From: Candidatus Marinacidobacterales bacterium
GTDB lineage: Bacteria; Acidobacteriota; Vicinamibacteria; Marinacidobacterales; DATDRI01
Length of the DNA stretch: 64,000 nt
Assembly (NCBI GenBank): GCA_965219415.1
Contig: CBDCNP010000002.1
Span: forward strand, 2,912,001 to 2,976,000
Direction: 5' to 3'
The notes under the pieces are model-generated. The model saw only the letters and a program-made list of their open reading frames with translations. It did not search any database and was not told the DNA's origin. The position numbers and the translations under genes were made by a program. Of this stretch, positions 31,036-41,345 are shown in pieces; the stretch's first letter is position 1, and each line of letters starts with the position of its first letter.

Positions 31036-33777
31036 CTAGAACTCGAGGCGAAGACCGATCTGCACGCGCCGCGGCCTGAAGATCGAACTGGGCACCAGGA
31101 AGTTCTCCGAATCCCCAACGCTACTGATTACATCCAATGCGGCATCCTCATTGAAGAGATTGAAGAAGTCTCCTCGGACCGCGAACCTCGCATCGCTTCC
31201 CAGGTTAAACACCTTTTCCAGCCGAATGTCGAGGAGGGCCTGGGACGGCATGCGCAGGCCGCCACGCGGCGCCGTGAGTATGGACAGCGACGGTTGACTG
31301 ACCTGTGTCAAAACGAGCGTGCGTGCAAACGGAATCCCCGTTTGCGCTGTGAGGTTGACTGCGGCTCGGATCCCGTAAGGAAATTCATATCCGCCGAACA
31401 GCTTGAATAGGTAGGTTCGGTCTCCCTGAAGTGGTCCTTCGTTGTTGACCAGCATGTTGGGATCGCGGAACTCGTCGGCGCCGGGCAGCGCGGTGTTCCC
31501 CTGCCGGGTACGGCTTGTGGCACCGAGCCCGTCGGAACGTGAGATGGTAAGCGAGGACGTCAAATACCAGTTGTCTGACGGGCGTTTCTTAACCTCCAGC
31601 ACCACGCCGCGGTACTTCTGCTTGTATTCGTCGATATTCGTGACGACGTAGAGGTCCTCATCGATCGGATTGATCTGGTTGAACACCTGAATATCAGTAT
31701 TGCCAACTTCGTCCCGGATTGTCTGGGGTTCGTAGACACCTGTATCGTTCCAAAAGGAGACGATGTTGCTGGTGCGCTTGTAGACGCCGGTCACCGACAC
31801 CGCCAGGTTGGGCAAGATTTCCCGCTCGAACGCGACGGAAAAGGCATTCGCCCGAGGAGCGCGCAGATCGGGACTGATAGCTGTGTTCGACACGGGATCG
31901 ACAACCTGGAAAATGATGTCGTATTCTCCGGTGTCGGGGTTGAAACCATTAATGAATAGCGGCGCAATGGTCGGCGCCGAACCCTCCAGGTGGGAAACCT
32001 TCAGATTGTCCACGTAGCGGCCGTAACTCGCCTTGAGCGCCGTCTTGTGATCGGCTGTCAGCTGATAGACCAAACCCACTCTGGGAGAAAGGTTGGTCCA
32101 CACCGCGGCTCGGTCGATACCCTCGATGAACCCGATCTCGTTCGCATCATCGTCGAGCTCTGGATTGCCAAGAACGTCGGCCACCTCGTGGTCCAAGCGC
32201 AGGCCGAGGTTGACGGAGAGTCGCTCGTTGGGGGACCAGGCGTCGTCTACGAACACGCCGGTTGACCGGTTCACTCCTCCGTAATGATGGGGCCTTTGGA
32301 AAAACGCTAAGTACTCTTCCCCGGCGAGGTCGTAATAGTAGCCGCCCCCGGTCAATGCTACTCGAGCGTTTGAGTAACCACGGTTGAATTGGGCACCGAA
32401 CTTCAAATCGTGGGAGCCCATGAAATCGTCGGCATAGTGACTGACGTCGCCCTTTACTTGTGTTCGACTGAGATCCCATTCGTACCAGAACACGGGAGCA
32501 TTCGAGAAAATGCCCGTCACCGCGTCGAAGTGTACGGATTCGGTTAAATCGCCGTTGAGTGGTACCTGTTCGTCGTACATGTACCAGCCGGCGAACCCTG
32601 CGGTGAGGACCGTGTTCTTGGACAGGACGGAAGTCCACTGGACGCTCGGTGTCGGATAGTGGCGCTCGCGCTTGGAGAGCGTCTCTGGGGTCCGGTCCGG
32701 GGTCAGCGTGTCCGGGAAGTCATTGAACTCGTTATGAAACGAGAACCAAAGTTGGTTATTCTGGTTGATGGACCAGGTGATCTTGCCGAAAACGCGATCC
32801 GTTCTCAGAGCAGACGGAAAATCAGGATCTCCACCAAACTCGCTGAAAGAGTCCTTGAGGTATTGATAGGCCACGAAGAACCAAAGTTTGTCTTTAGAGA
32901 TGGGTCCGCCGACGGTGCCGCTCACGTCGTGGTAAATGTCCCTCGTGAAGCTTGTTCCCTCGCCGGCATTTTCGCCGGTGAGCCCGCCAGTTTGGAAAAA
33001 GTAGTCGACGTTACCACTGAATTCGTTCCCCCCCGATTTGCTGACCACGTTGACCGCAGCGCCCAGGTACCCTCCGAACTCCGCAGACGCACCCACTGAC
33101 ATCACCTGGATTTCTTGGAAGACCCCCGGGATGGGCTGGATACGCGCCCCCCCGGTGTCCACGTCGCTCGCGTCCACGCCATCGAACCTAAAGGTGTTCG
33201 TATAACGATCCGAGCCGAATGCAATGATATTGCTCGCCCCCTGGATGCCAAAAGTCGCTCCCGACAACGGACTCTCGAGCGCAATACCCGGAGACGTGGC
33301 GAAGACGTCCAGCCAAGAGTTGCGGGAGAACGGGAGGTTCTCTATCTCCGTTTCTGTGTAGGCCCTGGACAGACTGGCCCTCGCGACGTCTATGAGGGGC
33401 GTTTCCCCGATGACGGTAACGGTTTCCGCGACATCCGCAAGGCCCATCGCCAGGTCCTGTGTCGCGGTTCCACTCATCGTCACGATAATCCCCTCTTGCC
33501 GGTAGCTCTTGAACCCGGTGAGAGACGCGGTCAAAACGAAGGAACCGGGGGGAAGGCCGAGAAAGTGGTAGGCACCCCGTTCGTCTGTCGTGGCGGAACG
33601 TGCCCCGCCGATCATGGACGCGCTCGATACCTCGACCATAACACCCGGCAAGGGGAGCCCGGTCTGATCCCTTATGGTACCGGTGATGGCTCCCACGAGC
33701 GATTGTGCGTCGGCCGGTAAGCTCCCCCAGACGAGGAGGAACGTAGCGATCAGCAATGATAGCCACCTGGACGGCAT
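31036..33777 (-). CDS. TonB-dependent receptor (Oar-like, carboxypeptidase-regulatory N-domain)
   Basis: GAITGTIRDQTG.PLPGV, SAEFG...GA.VNVVSKSGGN, ends FRPRRVQIGLRLEF. Confidence 0.9.
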   Translation of the reverse strand: MPSRWLSLLIATFLLVWGSLPADAQSLVGAITGTIRDQTGLPLPGVMVEVSSASMIGGARSATTDERGAYHFLGLPPGSFVLTASLTGFKSYRQEGIIVTMSGTATQDLAMGLADVAETVTVIGETPLIDVARASLSRAYTETEIENLPFSRNSWLDVFATSPGIALESPLSGATFGIQGASNIIAFGSDRYTNTFRFDGVDASDVDTGGARIQPIPGVFQEIQVMSVGASAEFGGYLGAAVNVVSKSGGNEFSGNVDYFFQTGGLTGENAGEGTSFTRDIYHDVSGTVGGPISKDKLWFFVAYQYLKDSFSEFGGDPDFPSALRTDRVFGKITWSINQNNQLWFSFHNEFNDFPDTLTPDRTPETLSKRERHYPTPSVQWTSVLSKNTVLTAGFAGWYMYDEQVPLNGDLTESVHFDAVTGIFSNAPVFWYEWDLSRTQVKGDVSHYADDFMGSHDLKFGAQFNRGYSNARVALTGGGYYYDLAGEEYLAFFQRPHHYGGVNRSTGVFVDDAWSPNERLSVNLGLRLDHEVADVLGNPELDDDANEIGFIEGIDRAAVWTNLSPRVGLVYQLTADHKTALKASYGRYVDNLKVSHLEGSAPTIAPLFINGFNPDTGEYDIIFQVVDPVSNTAISPDLRAPRANAFSVAFEREILPNLAVSVTGVYKRTSNIVSFWNDTGVYEPQTIRDEVGNTDIQVFNQINPIDEDLYVVTNIDEYKQKYRGVVLEVKKRPSDNWYLTSSLTISRSDGLGATSRTRQGNTALPGADEFRDPNMLVNNEGPLQGDRTYLFKLFGGYEFPYGIRAAVNLTAQTGIPFARTLVLTQVSQPSLSILTAPRGGLRMPSQALLDIRLEKVFNLGSDARFAVRGDFFNLFNEDAALDVISSVGDSENFLVPSSIFRPRRVQIGLRLEF

Positions 33778-33811
33778 CGGAAACCTCCCTAAGATTCAGT
33801 CTTTGAGATGT

Positions 33812-33828
33812 GTTCTATTAGGCAGAAC
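33812..33828. promoter_or_regulatory. Putative IclR-type palindromic operator
   Basis: GTTCTATTAGGCAGAAC (GTTCT/AGAAC arms), 35 bp upstream of the receptor start in the divergent promoter region. Confidence 0.45.
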
Positions 33829-34148
33829 GCCATTTGGCCATCGTTTATCACTCTTCGGTAAATTCTGTCAAGACCTTTCTTTTCGACGCTCGTCCAGACT
33901 CCTGTGTCCGCCCGCGACTCCGTAGTGACGCGAAACTATAAACCGTTTTGTGTTTTAGGTTAACGGATTAGGCCGGCGGTCTGGTTTGCGGAGTGGCCCC
34001 CGCGCCCCGAACACCCGGAGTTCCCTTGACATCCCCGCCTAAACAAAGGTATAGACGCCACGACCGTTGTTATGCGGTGCATACCACAGATTCTCTTTTT
34101 TTGAGGTGCACCGACCGCTTTCGTGGTGTGCCGACGGGAGGTGTCGCA

Positions 34149-36917
34149 ATGAGGGCCCGCGCGAAGACCATCTGCCAAGATCGCGTATTGGTGGTGGCAG
34201 TCTTCCTTCTTACGCTTTGGCTATGCTCCGTCGGCTTGAGAGCCTCCGAGGAGGCGACTCCCTCGGCCGAGCGAGCGTTTAGCTATTTGTTGCACCTCTC
34301 CGGTGAGATCGGAGAACGCTCGGCGGGGTCACCCGGTGAGGAACGAGCGGCGGAGTACATCCACCGATCGTTCACCGAGTGGGGATTGGATTCCCGGATT
34401 GAGTCTTTTCCGCTACCCAAGTGGGAACCCAAGTCGTCCCGCGTATGGAGCGAGGGCGAGGATCCGCTATACCTAGCGAGCATGACGATCGGGTTCAGCG
34501 GAACGACGGCTGCGGAAGGCGTTAGTGGCGAGTTCGTGGATGTTGGCGATGCCAGCCCACGCCACCTTGCCGGGAAGAATCTGGCGGGTAAGATCGTCCT
34601 TGTCAAGCGGGATGTCTATATCGACTATCCCGACTACTGGCTCACCGAGCGACTCATCCCCCGCGGAGTGGCGGGGATGATCTTCTCCTCCCGCTCCGGA
34701 CGACACGGCGGCCCGCCCATGACTTATTTCAACTATAAGCGCTCTCTAAAGGAAGACACGCCGCCCGCCGCGGTGATTACGTACGAGGATGCGGTGCGGC
34801 TGGTCAAAAGCCGTCCTAAGAGGGTCACCATCGTCGCCGAGGCCGAGGTGGCTGAAGGGACTTCCCGGAACGTCATTGGTGACATTCGAGGAGCTTCTCA
34901 TCCCGACGAGCTGATCGTCATCACCGCGCACAACGACACCTCGATCAACAGCCCGGGCGCTGCGGATGATGGTGGTGGGACAGCGTTGATCATGGAGCTG
35001 GCACGAGCCTTTTCCCGTTCGCCCCGGCCTGCCAGGACGCTTCGTTTCATTGGATGGGGCGGGCACGAGCTAGGTCTGATGGGCAGCGAAGCCTATCTTC
35101 GCGCGCACGCGGACGAAAACGTCGTGGCCATGATCAACTTTGACGGCGTCGGATCGACGCTCGGCACCTTGACTTGGTTCGGCGCGGGGCCTGACGAATG
35201 GATCGAGTTCCTACGTCGCGTCGGCGACGAATCGGGCCTCGAGCCGGATGGCGGTCTCGCCGCTCTCGGCTTCGACTCGGTGAATTTCGCAGCCTTGAAG
35301 GTGCCCGCGGTCAGTGTGGGGCTGTCTCATGGTGCAGGAGCGAGTCATACACCGGAAGACAACTTGAAATGGTCCGCGCCAGTCGGTTTCGAAGATCCGC
35401 TCCACTTCGCTACTCTGCTGATTGGTGGTTTGGCAAAGGACCCGACGGTCGCCTTCAAACAGGAGTTCCCTCCAGACTTGCTGCAAGATATTCGCGATTA
35501 TGCTGCTCGGTGGGGTTGGGGCGTGCGTCCCGAGGCAAACGCGCCACCACCAGCCGATCTGAAGGATGAGCCACTAGCCCCCTTGACCGGGCTGCCGCCA
35601 GCCTCGCCGGAGAGGGCCTTCGACTACCTCGTTCACCTGGTGGGAGCAATTGGCGAACGGCCGGTTGGCTCGGAGGGCGAAAAACGTGCAGCCGATTACA
35701 TTCACGCGCAGTTTTCGGCGTGGGGCTTGGACTCGAAGATCGAAACCTTTCCGCTGCCAATATGGAAGCCCCGCTCGTCTCACGTTTGGACCAAAGGGGC
35801 GGAGCCTCTCTACTTCCCGAGCATGGCCGCCGGCTATGGCGGGACCACCCCACCGGAAGGCATCACCGGCGAGCTCGTCGATATCGGCACCGCGAGCCCC
35901 CGTCACCTCGAGGGAAAGGACCTCGACGGAAAGATCGTCCTCGTCAAGCGGGACGTTTACATCGACTATCCCGACTATTGGCTCACCGAGCGCCTCATTC
36001 CTCGTGGAGTAGCGGGCATGATCTTCTTTTCTCGCTCCGGAAGGCACGGCGGTCCCCCCATGGTCTACTACAACTTCAAGAGATCCCTCAAAGAAGATAC
36101 GCCACCGGCCGTCGTCGTGACCTATGAAGATGCGGTCCACCTACTTAAGAGCGGGGTCGCGGAAGTCGGAATGGTGGTGGAGGCCGACGTCGCCGAAGGG
36201 GAATCGCGAAACATTATCGGAGAGATCCGTGGCTCCTCCCATCCTGATGAGGTCATCCTAGTGGGCGCGCACAACGATACATCCATCAACACCCCGGGGG
36301 CGAACGACGACGGAGGCGGAGTCGCCATCGTTATGGAGTTGGCGAGGGCGTTCTCACGGCTTCCGCAGCCGGCGCGAACGCTCAGGTTCATTGGGTGGGG
36401 TGGGCACGAGCCGGGGCTGATGGGCAGCGAAGCCTACCTGCGAGCGCATCCCGAAGAGATCGACAAGGTCGTGGCGGTAGTCAACTTCGACGGCGGACTC
36501 GGAGCAACCCTCAGCACGCCAGCGTGGTCCGCGGCGGGACCCGAGGAGTGGATCCAATTCATCCGCAAGCTCGGCGATGACGTGGGCCTGGAGCCAGAGT
36601 GGCGCCGGGGCGGCGGTGGGAACGACGCGACCAATTTCTCTGCGCTGGAGATCCCAGGCGTGAGCTTTGGGAACCGGCACAGCGTCGGCGCCAACCACTC
36701 CCCCGAGGACAATCTGAAATGGTGCTCGCCGGTTGGACTCGAGGACCCACTCCTGCTCGGTGGTCTCTTGGTGTCCCGGCTCGCCAACGATCCGTCGCTC
36801 TCCTTTTCCCAGCCCTTTCCAGCCGATCTACTGCAGAGTGTGAGGGATATTGCGGCTCGCTGGGGTTGGGGAATCAGGCCCGAAGCCAATGAGCCCCCAC
36901 CGGGAACAGACCGATAA
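34149..36917 (+). CDS. Secreted tandem double PA-M28 metallohydrolase (paralogs 2a + 2b fused)
   Basis: ATG at 34149 after GGAGG; two complete PA-M28 units, each ending ARWGWG(V/I)RPEAN.PP. Confidence 0.9.
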   Translation: MRARAKTICQDRVLVVAVFLLTLWLCSVGLRASEEATPSAERAFSYLLHLSGEIGERSAGSPGEERAAEYIHRSFTEWGLDSRIESFPLPKWEPKSSRVWSEGEDPLYLASMTIGFSGTTAAEGVSGEFVDVGDASPRHLAGKNLAGKIVLVKRDVYIDYPDYWLTERLIPRGVAGMIFSSRSGRHGGPPMTYFNYKRSLKEDTPPAAVITYEDAVRLVKSRPKRVTIVAEAEVAEGTSRNVIGDIRGASHPDELIVITAHNDTSINSPGAADDGGGTALIMELARAFSRSPRPARTLRFIGWGGHELGLMGSEAYLRAHADENVVAMINFDGVGSTLGTLTWFGAGPDEWIEFLRRVGDESGLEPDGGLAALGFDSVNFAALKVPAVSVGLSHGAGASHTPEDNLKWSAPVGFEDPLHFATLLIGGLAKDPTVAFKQEFPPDLLQDIRDYAARWGWGVRPEANAPPPADLKDEPLAPLTGLPPASPERAFDYLVHLVGAIGERPVGSEGEKRAADYIHAQFSAWGLDSKIETFPLPIWKPRSSHVWTKGAEPLYFPSMAAGYGGTTPPEGITGELVDIGTASPRHLEGKDLDGKIVLVKRDVYIDYPDYWLTERLIPRGVAGMIFFSRSGRHGGPPMVYYNFKRSLKEDTPPAVVVTYEDAVHLLKSGVAEVGMVVEADVAEGESRNIIGEIRGSSHPDEVILVGAHNDTSINTPGANDDGGGVAIVMELARAFSRLPQPARTLRFIGWGGHEPGLMGSEAYLRAHPEEIDKVVAVVNFDGGLGATLSTPAWSAAGPEEWIQFIRKLGDDVGLEPEWRRGGGGNDATNFSALEIPGVSFGNRHSVGANHSPEDNLKWCSPVGLEDPLLLGGLLVSRLANDPSLSFSQPFPADLLQSVRDIAARWGWGIRPEANEPPPGTDR

Positions 36918-37054
36918 CAGGACCATCCCACAAAACACTAAGGTTCGAACGGAGAGTTATCAAGGGCGTTCCCAAAACGAAGACGATCCGATTTTGTCGA
37001 TCTACCGGATGGTAAGACACCTTAGGCTCCAAGGGTGCACCCTCGTTACCCTGT

Positions 37055-38419
37055 TTGATACCTGCTCTTGGGATCAACGCGAACGCGGGCGAGCTCCCTG
37101 CCACGTCGGCCGAGACTGCGTACGAGCACGTGGTCTATCTATCGGGCGTCATCGGGGAGAGGACGGCGGGCTCCGAGGCAGAAGAGCGTGCCGCGCTGTA
37201 TATCCTGGGGAAGTTCGAGTCCTGGGGTCTCGATGCCCGGCTGCAGACGTTTCGCCAACCCGTCTGTCGCGCTCGGTCCGCGCACATTTGGACCGAGGGA
37301 GAAAAGCCCCTGTACCTGTCCGCCAAATCGGTCGTGTTTGGCGGAACCACCCCACCCGAAGGTGTCATCGGGGAGCTGGTGGATCTAGGGACGGCGAACG
37401 AAGCGCAACTCGCGGACAGAGACCTCGCGGCAAGAATCGGGCTCGTGAAGCGAGACGTCTACATCGAGTACCCCGACTATTGGCTGACCGACTGCGTGGT
37501 GCCGCGAGGCGTGGCGGGGTTGATCTTTTTCTCACGGCCCGCCGGCGGCAAGCCGACGGCGTATTACAACTACAAGCGAGCGCTCGAAGAGAAGACGCCC
37601 CCCTCTGTTGTCATCACGTACGAAGACGCCGTGGAGTTGCTGAGGAACAACCCGAGCCGCGTGGGGATAGTAGTGGATGCGGAAGTCGGCTGGGGTCAGT
37701 CACGGAACGTCATCGCCGACCTGAAGGGTCATGCCAAGCCGGAAGAGTTAATGTTAATCACAGCGCACTACGACACGGCTTACACCAGCCCGGGAGCCAC
37801 CGACAATACTGGCGGCGTCGCTCTCGTCATGGAGTTGGCGCGGGCGTTTGCGGAAGCCTCGGCCCCGGCGCGGACGCTTCGGTTCATCGCTTTGGGCGGC
37901 CACGAGACCGGCCTTCACGGAAGTGAAGCCTATCTTCGCGCCCATCGGGAGCAAGTGGAGAACATTGTCGCGGTCATTAATTTCGATGCCGGTCACGGAA
38001 CGACTCTAGGTACCGATTCTTGGGTAGCCGCCGGGCCCGACGAGTGGATTCGCTTCGTCAAGGCGGTGACGGACGACTCAGACCTCGAGCCAGAGTGGGC
38101 GGTGGGCACGTACTATTCGGACGACACGAACTTCGCGGCGCTCGAAGTGCCTACCGTGAATTTCGACAAAGGGCTGAGCCGTATTGGTCGTCACACGCCG
38201 AAAGACAATCTGAAGTGGACTTCTCCGGTGGGTCTGCAAGGTGGGCTCCTGATGAGCGCCATGATTCTGGAGAAGATCTCGAGGGATACCTCGCTGACTT
38301 TCCCGCATCAATTCCCCGGTGACCTGATCGAGCGGGTAAGGAACTACGCGGCGCGCTATGGGTGGGGTATACGACCGGAAGCGAATCGGCCGCCGCGCGA
38401 GACTAGAGATCAGCCGTAG
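37055..38419 (+). CDS. PA-M28 metallohydrolase (paralog 3)
   Basis: HYDT, GATDNTGG, GHETGLHGS, NFD, RHTPKDN; the signal peptide may start at ATG 37009, out of frame by 1 nt. Confidence 0.87.
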   Translation: MIPALGINANAGELPATSAETAYEHVVYLSGVIGERTAGSEAEERAALYILGKFESWGLDARLQTFRQPVCRARSAHIWTEGEKPLYLSAKSVVFGGTTPPEGVIGELVDLGTANEAQLADRDLAARIGLVKRDVYIEYPDYWLTDCVVPRGVAGLIFFSRPAGGKPTAYYNYKRALEEKTPPSVVITYEDAVELLRNNPSRVGIVVDAEVGWGQSRNVIADLKGHAKPEELMLITAHYDTAYTSPGATDNTGGVALVMELARAFAEASAPARTLRFIALGGHETGLHGSEAYLRAHREQVENIVAVINFDAGHGTTLGTDSWVAAGPDEWIRFVKAVTDDSDLEPEWAVGTYYSDDTNFAALEVPTVNFDKGLSRIGRHTPKDNLKWTSPVGLQGGLLMSAMILEKISRDTSLTFPHQFPGDLIERVRNYAARYGWGIRPEANRPPRETRDQP

Positions 38420-38427
38420 CGGAAAGG

Positions 38428-38467
38428 GAAGTCAATGCGACTGGAGCTTCGCCTCCAGTTCGCGGCC
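38428..38467. repeat. 40-bp direct repeat of 39918-39957
   Basis: GAAGTCAATGCGACTGGAGC(T/A)TCGCCTCCAG(T/C)TCGCGGCC follows the stops of both paralog 3 and paralog 4. Confidence 0.85.
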
Positions 38468-38490
38468 TCATACTGTCGAGAGGTGATGAG

Positions 38491-39918
38491 ATGGGATTCT
38501 ACCAGCGTACTCCCTTTTATCGATGCGCCATTCTCGGGAGCGTACTTGCAACAATGGCTCCCGCGGCCGGGGGTCAAGGTGGCGCGGGACGGAAGGAGCT
38601 TCCCCCGGTTTCTGCAGAGAAGGCGTTTGTGCACATGGTGCACTTGGCCGGAGCGATCGGAGAACGCACGGCCGGCTCACCAGCCGAGGAGCGAACCGTC
38701 GAGTACCTTCACAACGCGTTCAAGTCGTGGGGGCTCGAGGTACGTATCCAGCCGTTTTCTATAGCGATATGGCACCCGAAAGTAGCCCGAATCTGGACTG
38801 AAGGGGACGAGCCGCTGTCCGTCCAGGCCAATGCCGTTGCCTTCGGAGGGACCACGCCGGTCGAAGGCGTCGTCGGCGAACTGGTGGATGTGGGGACGGC
38901 CAGCCCGCGCCATCTCGAAGGCAAAGACCTGACGGGCAAGATCGTGCTCGTCAAGCGGGACGTCTATATCGACTATCCCGACTATTGGCTCACGGAACGA
39001 CTGCTGCCGCAGAAGGTCGCGGGGATGATTTTCTACTCGGCGAGGGGCGGCGGGGCTACCACGGCTTACTACAATTACAAGCGTTCGCTCAAAGAGAAGA
39101 CGCCGCCATCGGTGGTGATTACGTATGAGGAAGCACTGGCGCTCTTGAAGAGCCGACCGCGGCGGGTCGGGATCGCGGTGGAGGCGGACGTCACCTGGGG
39201 CCAGTCCCGCAACGTCATCGCTGACATCAGGGGCCGATCCAAGCCGGACGAGATTGTTCTCTTATTCGCGCACCACGATTCCGCCATCACGAGCCCCGGC
39301 GCCATCGACGACGCTGGCGGGACCGCCGTGCTCATGGAGCTGGCGCGGGCCTTCTCCGAAATTCCTCCGCCGGCACGAACCATCCGATTCGCCTCCTGGG
39401 GCGGCCACGAGCCGGGGCTCATGGGGAGCGAGGCTTACCTTCGTGCGAACCCCGAGGCCGACCGGCTAGCCGCGGTCATTAGTTTTCATAGCCAGGGCTC
39501 GACTCTCGGGGTGGACACTTGGCGAGCACTTGGGCCGGATGAGTTCATCCGATTTCTCAAACAGGTCGTTGAGAAGTCGGGTCTGGAGGCGCAGGGGGGC
39601 CTGGCCCCGGTCGGCTACGAAGCAAACAGTTTCACGGCGTTGGAAGTGCCAGCCATGTCGATAGGGCGAAGCTTAGGGCCCTCTACCGGACACACTCCGA
39701 AAGACGACCTGAGGTGGTGTTCCCCGGTTGGCCTGGAGGGTGGCCTGCTGCTAGGTGCGATGGTTGCCGGGCGGCTGGCCAACGACTCGGCGCTAACATT
39801 CCCGCACCGGTTGGATCCCGAGTTGCTCAAGAGATCTAGGGCGCGGGCCGCTCGCTGGGGATGGGGTGTACGGCCAGAAGCAAATCGGCCGCCGCACGAG
39901 ACCAGGGATCAGCAGTAG
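38491..39918 (+). CDS. Secreted PA-M28 metallohydrolase (paralog 4)
   Basis: HHDS, GAIDDAGG, GHEPGLMGS, SFH in place of NFD, GHTPKDD. Confidence 0.88.
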   Translation: MGFYQRTPFYRCAILGSVLATMAPAAGGQGGAGRKELPPVSAEKAFVHMVHLAGAIGERTAGSPAEERTVEYLHNAFKSWGLEVRIQPFSIAIWHPKVARIWTEGDEPLSVQANAVAFGGTTPVEGVVGELVDVGTASPRHLEGKDLTGKIVLVKRDVYIDYPDYWLTERLLPQKVAGMIFYSARGGGATTAYYNYKRSLKEKTPPSVVITYEEALALLKSRPRRVGIAVEADVTWGQSRNVIADIRGRSKPDEIVLLFAHHDSAITSPGAIDDAGGTAVLMELARAFSEIPPPARTIRFASWGGHEPGLMGSEAYLRANPEADRLAAVISFHSQGSTLGVDTWRALGPDEFIRFLKQVVEKSGLEAQGGLAPVGYEANSFTALEVPAMSIGRSLGPSTGHTPKDDLRWCSPVGLEGGLLLGAMVAGRLANDSALTFPHRLDPELLKRSRARAARWGWGVRPEANRPPHETRDQQ

Positions 39919-39921
39919 AAG

Positions 39922-41345
39922 TCAATGCGACTGGAGCATCGCCTCCAGCTCGCGGCCGAGGGTGGCTTCGCGAGCCGCCTCCTCGGGTCGTCCGAGACGA
40001 CTGTATGCATCGGCGAGGAGGAAGTGGCCGAGAGCCGAAAAGTCGGAGCGAGGTGAAAGACTCAGACCCTTCTTGGCGAGTGATATCGTCTGCTGGACAT
40101 CGCCGGAGTCGAGAGCGGCCTTGGCCAACAAGAGATACCCTTCGCCAAAATCCGGGCTCGCATCGACTGCCTCCCGATAATGAAAAGTGGCATCGTCGCG
40201 CTGCCCCAAGTTATCCAGGAGTTGGCCCAACTGAAAGTGCGTGAGGTGGCTCGCCGGATGGAGCTCGATCTCCCGGCGGTACTCCGCAAGGGCGCGCTGG
40301 AAGACACCCCGATCCTCCCAAATCTTTGCGAGATTGTGATGAGCTAGGGCGACGTCTTTCTCGGTGCCCAACGCCGCTTCGAAGGCCTGCTGTGCCTCCT
40401 CGAGATCACCGCGCTCGTAAGCTATGACCCCCAGGCCGACCTGCGCCGTCGCCAGCTCGGGACCAAATTCAAGCGCCCTTTCGAAAGCCGCGGCCGCTTG
40501 GTCCAGGTTTTCGAGGTCTAGATTTAACTGCCCCACGAGAAAATGGACACCGGCGTCCTTGGGATTCGTTCCGAGGTAAGCCATGTACGCAGCCAGCGCT
40601 TCCTCGCTCCGGCCGAGCGCGAAATACGCGTTGGCGAGCTCTATCACTGCCACGTCGTAGTCTGGTTTCAGTTTCAGCGCCTGCCTGAAGTCCTCTACTG
40701 CTCGTTCCGGTTGTTCTTGTCGCAAGTGTGCTCGTCCGAGCGTTGTCCAAGCGTCGATCACCGTCGGGTCCTCTTCGATGATCTGGTGGAGCAGTGCTAT
40801 CGCCGCCTCGGCATCGGGTGGATCCGCAGAGAGCCTTTCCCTCGCGTCGGAGAGCTTATTGAATAGATGAATTCTCTCCTTGGGATCCGCCAAGTCCTCC
40901 AGGTCGTTCTTCGGTTCGGCAAACGTGCCGATGTATCCCAGCGACGCCAATCGTGCCCTCGTATCGGCGTCTATTTCCTGGTGAACGGCCGAATCGGCGT
41001 CCGGCCGTTCCATCGACTCTTCGATGTCGGCGAGGCGGTCGCCCATCTCGGTCAGGAGCGAAAGCCGGGCAGCGGCTAGATTGTCTAGCTCCAGAGGATC
41101 CTGGCTAAGATCGTAGAGCTCGGGTCGAGGCGCTTCGATGTATTTCAGAGATCCCATCCGCAACGCCCGAAGCTCGCTCCAGCCGAAGTGATACCGCGGG
41201 TAAAAAGATTCCGCGTAGCCCTCCCGGTTTCCCTCCTCCTCCCCGGCCCCCGCCATAAGCCCGGCTAAGCTCGTCCCGAACGAACTGCCGTTTAGCCCGT
41301 CCGGGACTTGGATCCCCAAAAGGTCGAGGACGGTTGGAAATATGT
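39922..41345 (-). pseudogene. Sulfatase C-terminal + TPR protein, 5'-truncated by IS
   Basis: IFPTVLDLLG, YAESFYPRYHFGWSEL, PELYDL..DP.E, LASLGY, then TPR repeats; the N-terminus is replaced by the IS end at 41346. Confidence 0.85.
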
